Part shown: positions 1 to 8,843 of the stretch, one piece after another
How positions within the stretch are numbered: position 1 is the first letter of the stretch
Layout: each line of letters starts with the position of its first letter
Assembly: GCA_964517585.1 (NCBI GenBank)
Contig: CAZFCB010000002.1
Location: 1 to 51,631, forward strand
Source: an uncultured Candidatus Peribacteria bacterium
GTDB taxonomy: Bacteria; Patescibacteriota; Gracilibacteria; Peribacterales; Peribacteraceae
DNA: 51,631 bases
Direction: 5' to 3'
Translations under genes and position numbers: made by a program
Notes under the pieces: generated by a model
Databases searched by the model: none
Told to the model about the DNA's origin: nothing
Seen by the model: the letters and a program-made list of their open reading frames with translations, nothing else

Positions 1-53
1 AGGGAAAAGGGTGAGAAGACCTTAATCCCTGCGCCAATAACTGGTATATACCC
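1..53. repeat. Left arm of a 53-bp perfect inverted repeat; the partner is at the right end of the window (51577-51629)
   Basis: Bases 1-53 (AGGGAAAAGGGTGAGAAGACCTTAATCCCTGCGCCAATAACTGGTATATACCC) are the exact reverse complement of 51577-51629. Identity stops at base 54. Confidence 0.9.
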
Positions 54-305
54 TCAAGCAGGCACTTGCTAAATAAATCAAAAGATAGTATAATAACAGC
101 ATTACTTCATACTCATACACATATATGAGCCTCCACCTTCTTGATAAGGAGCAGCGCGAAAAGCTCCTTGTACTTTCCACGCTGTGGACAACGTTCGCAG
201 GAGCTTTCCTCCTTGTGATCACCAGTAATTACTAAACGGAATACGAACACTGGATTGTCACCTACACGCACTCCGCGAAAGCGAGGTGCGTTTTTAGACG
301 CAGAA

Positions 306-2012
306 TTACTGGAATCGCGTTCCCTGTGCGATAGGACTGGTACCTTCGATCCAGCGGAAAATACCAGACTCGTCCGTCCACTCCACGCTACCAAGGGACT
401 CCGGTGAGCCTGCAGCTTTTAGTGACGTTTCAAGGATAGCCTGCGTGCCGGGAGGCACGGAGACAGTTGCCTTAAGATCAAGGATGAGTGGTGATCCATT
501 GGACAGAGCTCCAATGGACTGATGAAGAGTTGAACATGTGATTTCCATCGATTGTTCATTGAGCGAGCAGGAAACACTCGCCCCAGATGCTCGATCCATC
601 AGTACCCAATGGCTGACGGTCACTGCGCTATTTTTTACGAGTGAAAATACAAGCTGTCGAAGTTTGAGATTTTTTGTCGGAATAACTGAGCCAAGAAAAG
701 AGTAACTTCCGATGACGATGTCGGTACCTGATGTAAGAGCTGCGGTCTCGGGAGAAACGCGAGTAATACTTGTGATACGACCAAATGCTGTCTGATGCTT
801 GGGGAACGGTCCGCTCAGAGGAATATTCGTCGTCGTATTCGACGTATCGCCTTTGAGCGTTACTGAGAGCGTACGAACTTGCAGCAGCTCATCGGCGAAT
901 CCTGCATTGTCGATAGTACGTATAACTGCCCGAAGGACAACTCGTACATCCGTATCGCTTGGAATAGTAAACTGACTCTCCGGCTGCACCTGAGCTTCGA
1001 ATGTCTGTTTATAATCAGACGTATCGTTATTGGTGCGACGTGTCAGTTTTGCTATGAGCTGCCCCTGCTCAGTCACAAGCTCCAAATACTCGATAGAACG
1101 CACTTCTTGGAAAAGCTTCACCTGTACGATCTGCACTGTTGCCGTCTCACCGTTACGACGGATCACACCATCGGCAATGGCATCTGTGGTGCTGCCGACA
1201 ACGAGAAAATGACTCGTCGACGGCAATGTGAAGAGTGGCGCTACCGATGACGACGACGGGGCTGACGATGTCACTGATGAACTGACGGAAGAAGATGAAT
1301 CCGAGGATGAGCTGGAAGAAGTCGACGGACTGTACTGCCCTGCTTCCGCCAAACGGTACTCCGAAAGTTTACCGGCCTTCTCGGCGATAAAAGCACCTGC
1401 AAGTCGTGCTGCCATGCCGCGTGTCATGGGCGTATCAAACGTGATGCGGGTAGGAATATCCACGCCCTTGGACACTGCAGCTTCATAGTATGGCTGTGCC
1501 CAATCTGCGCCTGTGACATTTGGCACAGAGTATCCAAAAAGAAGCACGAGCATTTTGAGTGCTGCATCGTACGTCACTGTGTCAGCGGGATCGAATGTCC
1601 ACTGATCTTCTGGAAGTGACGCATTGGCGTTGCCACGTACAATGCCTAATTCTTTTGCCGTGCATACATACGGAGCGAACCAATCCGATCCCTGTACATC
1701 CGGAAAACAACTTCGTGGAAATGAAGCCGGACGATAGCCTTCTGGGCTTGCGAGGATAGCAATTTTCAAAAATTCTGCACGATTCACAAGACGAGTAGGG
1801 CCAAAATGCCCCTCACCGTACCCCTGCACAATGCCTTCACTTGTGAGCAGGTTGATACCCGCTGCTTCGTGAGAATCCGGCCGGACATCGGAGTAATAAT
1901 TCGCAGGCTGAATACCGATAGCGAGTGCTGATAAAGGCACGAGAAATGCCGTCAGGAGAAGAATTTGTCTATGCATAGACATATGGTGGCTTGCGAAGGT
2001 CTGCATGCGCAA
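306..2012 (-). CDS. Secreted surface protein with three N-terminal SLH (S-layer homology)-like repeats, a poly-Ser linker and an unassigned C-terminal domain
   Basis: 568-aa ORF. Signal peptide (MHRQILLLTAFLVPLSALA). SLH-like repeats: YSDVRPDSHEAAGINLLTSEGIVQGY...RAEFLKI, FPDVQGSDWFAPYVCTAKELGIVRG, GADWAQPYYEAAVSKGVDI. Ser-rich tract SPSTSSSSSSDSSSSVSSSVTSSAPSSSS. The true start may be an internal Met 10-12 codons downstream. Confidence 0.75.
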   Translation of the reverse strand: MRMQTFASHHMSMHRQILLLTAFLVPLSALAIGIQPANYYSDVRPDSHEAAGINLLTSEGIVQGYGEGHFGPTRLVNRAEFLKIAILASPEGYRPASFPRSCFPDVQGSDWFAPYVCTAKELGIVRGNANASLPEDQWTFDPADTVTYDAALKMLVLLFGYSVPNVTGADWAQPYYEAAVSKGVDIPTRITFDTPMTRGMAARLAGAFIAEKAGKLSEYRLAEAGQYSPSTSSSSSSDSSSSVSSSVTSSAPSSSSVAPLFTLPSTSHFLVVGSTTDAIADGVIRRNGETATVQIVQVKLFQEVRSIEYLELVTEQGQLIAKLTRRTNNDTSDYKQTFEAQVQPESQFTIPSDTDVRVVLRAVIRTIDNAGFADELLQVRTLSVTLKGDTSNTTTNIPLSGPFPKHQTAFGRITSITRVSPETAALTSGTDIVIGSYSFLGSVIPTKNLKLRQLVFSLVKNSAVTVSHWVLMDRASGASVSCSLNEQSMEITCSTLHQSIGALSNGSPLILDLKATVSVPPGTQAILETSLKAAGSPESLGSVEWTDESGIFRWIEGTSPIAQGTRFQ

Positions 2013-2043
2013 GTCAGGAGGCGGAAATGATATGGAATAGTCA

Positions 2044-2466
2044 TTGAAGAAAAGAGTGTTTTACGGTATAATGAATAGAAATTCACATATTCCACACACA
2101 TCCATAGCTGATAGCGCGACTTTCGCCGGCTTGCCACCGCCACCGCTCCTCATGAGCGGCGAGGAATTGTATGAGATGATCATGGGATCTATCGAACCTG
2201 ATCTTTTGCTGTCCAATATGTCACAGATTGTTCTCGAGATGGAATATGACACGCAGGACGTACAGACGGAGCGGATAGAACGTTACAATCGTGCCTTTGC
2301 CGAATATGATCGCAGACTCGCAGAACACAAACGAAATTGGGACAAATCCTATAACGCCTATCGCCGTGCTTCTATGGAAAGTCTTACCGGTTTCCTGAAG
2401 GCAGCGGATACAGATCGTATGGCAGACATCGAGGCGCAGCTCAGTAGTCCAACACTATACATATGA
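2044..2466 (+). CDS. Hypothetical protein, no signal peptide
   Basis: 140-aa ORF with a TTG start in the track; internal ATGs (MNRNSH, MSGEEL) are alternative starts. Its stop overlaps the next start as ATGA (2463-2466). Confidence 0.55.
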   Translation: MKKRVFYGIMNRNSHIPHTSIADSATFAGLPPPPLLMSGEELYEMIMGSIEPDLLLSNMSQIVLEMEYDTQDVQTERIERYNRAFAEYDRRLAEHKRNWDKSYNAYRRASMESLTGFLKAADTDRMADIEAQLSSPTLYI

Positions 2467-4376
2467 AGCATTCTTTTCATATCGACGGCAATATCAATCT
2501 CCGTGAAGCTCGCTTGCTATGCATGTCCCCCTTCGCACACGGGCCTGAGCAGCAGCCACAGGCTGATCCGAATCAACCAGAAGTTCTTCATGTTCATCTT
2601 AGCCCTGACCAACTCACATCAGAGCATCTACGACTTATTGAGGAAAGACTAGGGGGACTCCACAAGCAGACAGAGGAAACTGTGTCGAGTGAACTCGATG
2701 CATTTGTTACGACGGTGCAACGTAATGTTGACGCGATCAACTCAAGTCCAGGAATCTCAAAAGATATCTTGCAACAGTACATAAGGGGATTAAATGACCA
2801 GCTTCATCTCAAGGGATACCACATAGGTATGATTGGAAAGAGGGTGACAATTTCTCCGCATAATCCAAAAGTGTTTGCACCAGAGGTGATTGCACGAAGG
2901 GACAAAATCAGAGAATTGAAAGAAAAAATTGCTGCAATAGACGAAAATATCCGACTCCTCATGCGTGGTTATGCAAAGAATGGTGCTGAATACAAAAGAT
3001 TCAAACATGCTTCAACTCGGCCCAGAAATCAGGCACCCGAAATTACACGTCCTCTCATGGAGCTTGAGCAAACAGCGATGCAGGATCAGTTAGATCCTAT
3101 GCGTCAGCTGAAAGCACAAAAAAATCAATTGCTGCAAGAGCTCGCTGGTATAACATCGGGCGTCATCAAAGTGCCGGTACCATTGGAAGGAGGTCTACCG
3201 GAAGATCCTAGCCTCATCAATGATCCACGCTTTGCCGCAAGTGGAGATAGTGATGGTACGCGCTTCAATCTGACTGGCGCGCCAGGTGGCATCGGTCCTG
3301 ACGGATTACCATTGCAAGAGGGGCTGCCAAATGCCGCTGAACAGGCGCAAATCCTCCGCTACTGCGCACGCTGGAGGGACTGTAAGACACAGGAGGAACG
3401 CGATACCGTCGAAGGCTTCCTGATGATGAGCGGAGTCAATGTGGACAGCAGTGATCTCGCGCATGATGAGATTGTGATGGTGACTCCGGAAGAGCGAGGC
3501 ATCCAATTCCTCATTGGACTCGTGCACGTGCTCAAGTCATTCATCGACCGCTTGAACAAGAAGAAGACGGATATTGAAGGCGCAAATGTTGGTGAGAAAG
3601 ATCCGTCAGAGATGACAACGGAGGAACGACTAACGGAAAAAGAGAGCAACGACAAAAAGCTTATTGACCTTAAGGATAAGAAAGAGAAAACCGAAAGTGA
3701 TATGAAGGACATCGAGAAGAAATTGAATAATGTTTTTGAACCTCCATCCGACGAGGTGAAGACGAAGTTAGAAAGTGATCTGAAGCAGAAGAAAGAAGAT
3801 CTTAAGACCATCGATGAGGAGATCAAAAAACTTGAAGAGCGTAATGTGGCTTTGGCAAATCCAGAAACGTCGAAAGAGGATGAGGAAGGCATTTTGAAAG
3901 AAGATCAGCTGCAAGAAGATCCTGTGTACAAATATTTTATCGAATTCAAAGTAAAGACAAAGTTGATGCTAGGTGAAGCTATGAACCAAATTTTGACGTC
4001 CGGTGATGTCGAAAAGAATGTGCGAAGGCTTGCGAAAGCATTAGGATTTAATCTTTCAGATAGTGTCGATTTAGCTGACATTATTAAAGATATGTCGCCA
4101 ATTTTATTGAAGATATTTGAATCTCAAATCGATGATTCATCGATCGAAAAGAATCGCGAAGGTAAGTATCGCGTTCGACTCGATTGTAGGGAGTCTTTCC
4201 ATCAAGCACAGAATATCGGACTCATAGACAAGACTGAAACTCTGAGCCCAGAAACAATTTCTCAAATCGCCTCACAAATGAGTTCTGGAGGCGGTTTACC
4301 ATGTAGAGGGCAAGGTTTGACGGTTATTTCAGATTTCATGGATTCGAAGGATTTCCGATTCGGTAGAGGAAGATAG
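2463..4376 (+). CDS. Hypothetical 637-aa cytoplasmic protein with a K/E-rich coiled-coil-like central region
   Basis: Long ORF with no signal peptide. Charged low-complexity stretch (EKESNDKKLIDLKDKKEKTESDMKDIEKKL...KKEDLKTIDEEIKKLEERN). No motif I recognise. Confidence 0.75.
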   Translation: MKHSFHIDGNINLREARLLCMSPFAHGPEQQPQADPNQPEVLHVHLSPDQLTSEHLRLIEERLGGLHKQTEETVSSELDAFVTTVQRNVDAINSSPGISKDILQQYIRGLNDQLHLKGYHIGMIGKRVTISPHNPKVFAPEVIARRDKIRELKEKIAAIDENIRLLMRGYAKNGAEYKRFKHASTRPRNQAPEITRPLMELEQTAMQDQLDPMRQLKAQKNQLLQELAGITSGVIKVPVPLEGGLPEDPSLINDPRFAASGDSDGTRFNLTGAPGGIGPDGLPLQEGLPNAAEQAQILRYCARWRDCKTQEERDTVEGFLMMSGVNVDSSDLAHDEIVMVTPEERGIQFLIGLVHVLKSFIDRLNKKKTDIEGANVGEKDPSEMTTEERLTEKESNDKKLIDLKDKKEKTESDMKDIEKKLNNVFEPPSDEVKTKLESDLKQKKEDLKTIDEEIKKLEERNVALANPETSKEDEEGILKEDQLQEDPVYKYFIEFKVKTKLMLGEAMNQILTSGDVEKNVRRLAKALGFNLSDSVDLADIIKDMSPILLKIFESQIDDSSIEKNREGKYRVRLDCRESFHQAQNIGLIDKTETLSPETISQIASQMSSGGGLPCRGQGLTVISDFMDSKDFRFGRGR

Positions 4377-4613
4377 AAATCACCACTGAGAAATCAGGGT
4401 GAAGTGGTATACTGTGACGCATGAATCCAAAACCACTTCCTGTACCAAAGAAGAAACCAAAGACACACATTGCGGGATCCATCTTGGATTTTGTTTCATG
4501 GGGAGTACGTGAAATTGCGCTCCCTGTACCAGACTCACTTGTTGCCGCCATGAAGCGGAAGAAACGGAGGTAGAAGCGTTGGCCTGCCATCCAGAGCACA
4601 GCGAGTGCGTAGG

Positions 4614-4633
4614 ATGGTGCCCAGGAGAGGACT
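4614..4633. repeat. 20-nt duplicate of the 3' end of the adjacent tRNA-Leu gene
   Basis: ATGGTGCCCAGGAGAGGACT at 4614-4633 is identical to 4714-4733 (tRNA-Leu 3' acceptor/T-arm), exactly 100 bp away in direct orientation. Confidence 0.85.
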
Positions 4634-4714
4634 CTTCGATCGCACTTCACTCCGTTCAGCACAAGCTCAGGGCAAGCTTGAACATTGATGGCTTGCCATG
4701 AGATCGAGATCGAA

Positions 4715-4800
4715 TGGTGCCCAGGAGAGGACTTGAACCTCCATATCCTTGCGGATACCAGCTCCTAAGGCTGGCGCGTCTGCCATTTCGCCACCTGGGC
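4715..4800 (-). tRNA. tRNA-Leu (anticodon TAG), CCA encoded
   Basis: The reverse complement reads GCCCAGG-TGGCGAAATGGCAGACGCG-CCAGC-CTTAGGA-GCTGG-TATCCGCAAGGATAT-GGAGGTTCAAGTCCTCT-CCTGGGC-A-CCA. It has a 7-bp acceptor stem, an anticodon loop with TAG, a long variable arm and a canonical T-loop. Confidence 0.9.
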
Positions 4801-4917
4801 ACAGGATTACTGTCTTAAGAAGAAGAATCTAGAAGCAACTGCCATGGAGTTTACCCCGAGTTTTTCGAGGGGCCACCTGGGCAATGCGGTCAGTATACCG
4901 ATACTTGCTCCGAATGC

Positions 4918-5862
4918 TCATGACCTTACAGCGATGAACAGTTGTTTGTACTTCTGCTCTATTTCTTCATACTTTCTCGCAAGCTCATTGCTGATCAGTC
5001 TTTCTGTGCGATGCAGCTCAGATTCCGACTGAGATTTTCGTCCATAGAAATCATTATCGATCTCGTTCTTGCGCCGGATAGATTCTTGCACAATCGCTGC
5101 TTTGCGCTCATTCCATTCATTATCTACTTTCTTGCGCTTCACACGAACCTGCGCTTCTACGGCAGCGCGAATGTGCACTATTTGTGCTGGCATATGCCCA
5201 GATGCTGCAGAAGCAAGCATGCGCATACCTTCGTTTTCGACCTGCATCAACCGGCTTCTCTTCCACTCTTCCAACTGATACTCACGGACTTTGACATCAG
5301 CATCGATGACAGCTTTGCGAGCTCTTGCATCATGCTCTAAGGCTTCTTTGCGAAGAGTATCTGCATGTTCAGCATCATTCATTTTAGATCGATGAGCGTA
5401 CTCCGCTTGCTTTCGTTCACGCTCTTTTGCGGCACTGAGTTCGTTCTGTCTCTTCTCCATTGCCTGTTTGATGAGCGCGTTTTCATGAAGCTCTTTCATG
5501 TAACCCTGCTGCTGTTTTCTGCGCGCATCGCGAACTTTTTGTTCTTCTGCAATGAGCTCCCGTTGCTTGCCACGCCTTTTTTTATCTTCAGCTACTTCCT
5601 GCTCCCGCGTCTTCAGCATGCTGCGAAACTGTTTCTTCTCTTGTGATTTCTCTCTGTTTTTCTCCATCGCTTCCTTCATAGCTTCCTGTGACTTCTGCGT
5701 TTCAGCTTCCCGACTAGCGATGATCTTCTGTTTGATCTCTTTCTCGTGTTCAGCCCGCTTGCGTCCAAGCTCAGCCGCACGCTCAATATCAGCCTCGCGA
5801 CTTTCGCTGGAAGCAGCATCGGGAATTTTTGGTGCAGTGCCGAAAAAATCGGAATCATCCAT
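4918..5862 (-). CDS. Hypothetical highly charged (E/K/R-rich) alpha-helical or coiled-coil protein
   Basis: 314-aa ORF made almost entirely of E/K/R/Q/A runs (KRAEHEKEIKQKIIASREAETQKSQEAMKEAMEKNREKSQEKKQ...). No signal peptide and no recognisable domain. Confidence 0.65.
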   Translation of the reverse strand: MDDSDFFGTAPKIPDAASSESREADIERAAELGRKRAEHEKEIKQKIIASREAETQKSQEAMKEAMEKNREKSQEKKQFRSMLKTREQEVAEDKKRRGKQRELIAEEQKVRDARRKQQQGYMKELHENALIKQAMEKRQNELSAAKERERKQAEYAHRSKMNDAEHADTLRKEALEHDARARKAVIDADVKVREYQLEEWKRSRLMQVENEGMRMLASAASGHMPAQIVHIRAAVEAQVRVKRKKVDNEWNERKAAIVQESIRRKNEIDNDFYGRKSQSESELHRTERLISNELARKYEEIEQKYKQLFIAVRS

Positions 5863-5902
5863 CTCGTTATTATACCAGAAAAATGGCTTCTAGCCTACTT
5901 TG

Positions 5903-6087
5903 GCAGTGTAATTGCTCACTGGTTCTGCTTTGAAAGAAATCAACAGGAGCGGGTTTCCTACCCGCGTTTGGCAACTATCATCAAGCTCGGCAATCCGCAG
6001 GAATGAATCCTGCTCCTGTGGGCAGATGTACTTCTTCAGTCGATGCCACTTTGTTTGCAGCTTCAGTGAGTATTTACTTGGCACTGC
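5903..6087. ncRNA. Candidate structured RNA (~185 nt), family unassigned, strand undetermined
   Basis: Non-coding gap between two minus-strand genes with nested complementary segments: GCAGTG 5903-5908/CACTGC 6082-6087; CTCACTG 5915-5921/CAGTGAG 6064-6070; CTGC 5925-5928/GCAG 6057-6060; ACAGGAGC 5943-5950/GCTCCTGT 6012-6019. Two inner hairpins: CGGGT-TTCCT-ACCCG and GCAGGA-ATGAA-TCCTGC. Confidence 0.4.
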
Positions 6088-7853
6088 TACACCTTCTCCT
6101 CCACGCTAATCTCCAGTTCTTTCAGTTGCTCCGCTGAAACTGGTGAAGGGGCACCAAGCATCAGATCTTTCGCTTTCTGATCTTTCGGAAACGGAGTCAC
6201 CTCACGAATATTAGGTTCGCCTGCAAGGATCATGACGATGCGATCGATCCCGTACGCAAAGCCTCCGTGTGGAGGGGCACCATAGGAGAATGCTTCGAGC
6301 ATGTGACCGAAACGTTTTTGCTGATCTTCGGGAGAAATGCCGAGCATCTCGAAGACTTCTGCCTGAAGAACGGGGTCATGAATACGGATAGAGCCAGAAC
6401 CAAGCTCGTAGCCGTCGAGCACGAGGTCGTAGCAAATAGAATGCACGGTAAGGGCTTCTTCTTTACGACGCTTCCATTCTTCTTTGTTCGGACTCGTGAA
6501 TGGATGATGGCTGAATGTGAGTGAACCATCGTCGTTCTCCTCAAACATTGGAAAATCTGTCACCCAAAAGAGTGCATGCAGAGTGGTGTCAATCAGATTG
6601 AAACGCTTTGCGGCTTCTAGGCGAATGCGGCCAAGGGAAGCACAGACGATCTTCACTGTGTCAGCACCGAAAAAGAGTGCGTCACCTTCTTTGGCACCCG
6701 TAGTTTTCTGCAACTTCTCAAGGAAACCTTCTTGAAAGAATTTCAGGAGAGGAGACTGTGGGCCTTCTGGCTTGAAGAGAATATAGGCAAGTCCTTTGGC
6801 TTTCAGTTCACGTGCAAGTGCCGTCCAGGTATCTATTTCACTTCTCGCGAGTGAAGCACCACCGGGAATTCTGATGGCCCGTACAACGCCTGACTTTGAC
6901 GCGAGAGCATCTTCAAAAACTTTAAACCCACATCCTTTACTGATCTCAGAAACATCGACAATCGGAAGATCGAACCGGAGATCAGGCTTATCTGATCCAT
7001 ACGTATCCATCACGTGTTGCCATGTGAAGCTTTCGACCTTACCCCACTTCAATTTTTTCGGGCTGCACTGTTTGAGTATTTCTTCGATGGAGCCCTGAAT
7101 AATGCTCTGAACGTCTGCCTGTTCACAGAAGCTCATCTCGAAATCGAGCTGGAGAAATTCTGGCTGACGATCGCCACGAAGGTCTTCGTCACGGAAGCAC
7201 CGTGCAATCTGAAAGTATCGATCAAGGCCGCCAACCATGCAAAGCTGCTTGAGTTGCTGCGGGGACTGCGGAAGCACAAAGAAGTTTCCTGGGTAGACGC
7301 GAGAGGGGACGATGTATTCTCTCGCTCCTTCCGGCGTGCCCTTGATGAGACATGGCGTGTCAATTTCTAAGCAATCCTGCGCGATAAAATACTGTCGAAT
7401 AATCTGAAAAACTTTGGAGCGGAGTGCGAGATTTTTCTGCATCTTGGCACTACGAAGATCAAGATAACGATACTGAAGACGTAGTTCTTCGTTGACCGCT
7501 ACAGTATTGTCTATTTCAAATGGAGGAGTTTTTGCACGGCTGAGAATCTCCAGTTTTTCAACGGTAATCTCAATCTCACCTGTTGTAATCTTCGCGTTTT
7601 CCATACCGACAAGACGTTTCGTCACCGTGCCTGTCACTTGAATGACCCACTCAGGACGAATGGTCTCTGCGAGTGCAAAAAGCTCCTTGGCAGTTTCAGG
7701 GTGACAGACGACTTGCGTGATGCCGTATCTGTCGCGGACATCCAGAAAGATGAGTCCACCATGATCACGCCGCGTACTGACCCAACCACAGAGGGTAGTG
7801 GATGACCCCGCGTTTTTTAGGGTGAGTTCGCCGCAGGTGTGGGTGCGCAACAT
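6087..7853 (-). CDS. aspS: Aspartyl-tRNA synthetase (class II)
   Basis: OB-fold N-terminus (LCGWVSTRRDHGGLIFLDVRDRYG), motif 2 region (FRDEDLRGDRQPEFLQLDFEMSF), motif 3 region (GGFAYGIDRIVMIL). The start is set at the internal ATG (MLRTHTCGEL) because the longer ORF overlaps the upstream gene. Confidence 0.93.
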   Translation of the reverse strand: MLRTHTCGELTLKNAGSSTTLCGWVSTRRDHGGLIFLDVRDRYGITQVVCHPETAKELFALAETIRPEWVIQVTGTVTKRLVGMENAKITTGEIEITVEKLEILSRAKTPPFEIDNTVAVNEELRLQYRYLDLRSAKMQKNLALRSKVFQIIRQYFIAQDCLEIDTPCLIKGTPEGAREYIVPSRVYPGNFFVLPQSPQQLKQLCMVGGLDRYFQIARCFRDEDLRGDRQPEFLQLDFEMSFCEQADVQSIIQGSIEEILKQCSPKKLKWGKVESFTWQHVMDTYGSDKPDLRFDLPIVDVSEISKGCGFKVFEDALASKSGVVRAIRIPGGASLARSEIDTWTALARELKAKGLAYILFKPEGPQSPLLKFFQEGFLEKLQKTTGAKEGDALFFGADTVKIVCASLGRIRLEAAKRFNLIDTTLHALFWVTDFPMFEENDDGSLTFSHHPFTSPNKEEWKRRKEEALTVHSICYDLVLDGYELGSGSIRIHDPVLQAEVFEMLGISPEDQQKRFGHMLEAFSYGAPPHGGFAYGIDRIVMILAGEPNIREVTPFPKDQKAKDLMLGAPSPVSAEQLKELEISVEEKV

Positions 7854-7894
7854 GAAGGCAGGAAAGGCAGAAAAGAAAGAGAGGGCAGAAACCG

Positions 7895-8257
7895 TTACTT
7901 TGCTGTCATAAGCTTTGTGAGTAGGTATGTTAAACGGGCACAGTGATCTTGTATATCCTTTTGAGCTTCTTCCGTAACGTACCCTAAGGAAGTAGAGAGA
8001 TCGATATGACAATCTACTTCGACTGCGGAACCGCGTGCTCTTGCATAAAATAATTCACGATTTGCCTGTGTTGGCATTGCAGAACCTTCCGCAATATTAG
8101 CCATCACCGAACTCGACGCTCGACGTAGTTGGCTAGTCAAAATGAACAACTCTTCTTTTGGAAATTTTTTGGTGAGTTCATACACTTTTATTGTTAATTT
8201 TTTTGCCTCCTGCCAAACAATAAGTTTCCTGAAGCCATTGTCATATCTTCTTTCCAT
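7895..8257 (-). CDS. Four-helix-bundle protein of the 23S rRNA intervening-sequence protein family
   Basis: 120 aa with the family signature FRKLIVWQEAKKL...FPKEE...SQLRRASSSVMANIAEG...ARGSAVEV. Confidence 0.8.
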   Translation of the reverse strand: MERRYDNGFRKLIVWQEAKKLTIKVYELTKKFPKEELFILTSQLRRASSSVMANIAEGSAMPTQANRELFYARARGSAVEVDCHIDLSTSLGYVTEEAQKDIQDHCARLTYLLTKLMTAK

Positions 8258-8326
8258 ATCAATATCCTATCAGATCGTTGGGCACTTACTTTGCTGCCCC
8301 TTCTGCCTTTTCTTTCTTTTCTGTCC

Positions 8327-8773
8327 TCATTTAAAGAATCGTCCAAGTTCCTTCTTGAATTCTTCCACATCTTTAAACTCGCGATGAACAGATGCAAAAC
8401 GAATGTAGGCGACTTTATCGAGCTTCGAGAGAACTAACATGACATCTTTACCGATGGTCGCGCTTTCTACTTCCTCTTTATTCTTCCCCCATTTTTCCTC
8501 AAGGTCTGAGAGCATTTTATCGATATTTTTCTGCGTGACCGGACGCTTGGTACACGCGATCCAAATACCGCGCTCTAGTTTTTCTCGGCTGTACGGCTCA
8601 CGTGTACCGTCTCTTTTAATGACAATCAATGACGCTAGTTCCTGACGTTCGAATGTTGTAAATCGATGTTCGCATTTTCCACATTCACGACGACGCCTGA
8701 TCGCTCGCCCCTCTTCTGTAAGGCGCGAGTCGATGACGGCCGTATCGTCGTTCTTGCAACGGGGGCAACGCAT
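8327..8773 (-). CDS. nrdR: Transcriptional repressor NrdR (zinc ribbon plus ATP-cone)
   Basis: MRCPRCKNDDTAVIDSRLTEEGRAIRRRRECGKCEHRFTTFE followed by an ATP-cone-like segment. Confidence 0.92.
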   Translation of the reverse strand: MRCPRCKNDDTAVIDSRLTEEGRAIRRRRECGKCEHRFTTFERQELASLIVIKRDGTREPYSREKLERGIWIACTKRPVTQKNIDKMLSDLEEKWGKNKEEVESATIGKDVMLVLSKLDKVAYIRFASVHREFKDVEEFKKELGRFFK

Positions 8774-8843
8774 AGGAGTGAAAGAAGACGCTCCGGATCA
8801 CTGAAACTTGCCTTCACGCCCTTTTTATCAGCATAACATACTT

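Noticed and set aside
22-394. ORFs 22-222(-) and 113-394(-) at the left end, considered as a small downstream gene or ribosomal protein
   Set aside because: They have no convincing start or SD, overlap the SLH gene 3' end or the terminal repeat, and their sequence matches no family I recognise. The region is left unannotated.
1228-1330. Apparent DNA repeat (GA(T/C)GA-rich tract, with plus-strand ORFs 1228-1488)
   Set aside because: It is the antisense view of the poly-Ser linker codons of the SLH protein. This is coding low complexity, not a repeat element.
3359-3892. 177-aa minus-strand ORF (Ser/Phe/Leu-rich) antisense to the 637-aa gene
   Set aside because: It is the mirror image of the K/E-rich coding tract on the plus strand, has low-complexity composition and lies fully inside a longer, better-supported ORF.
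4336-4662. 108-aa minus-strand ORF between the 637-aa gene and tRNA-Leu
   Set aside because: It has a GTG start inside the tRNA-fragment repeat region, overlaps the 3' end of the convergent 637-aa gene and has no recognisable features. It is more likely non-coding or relic DNA.
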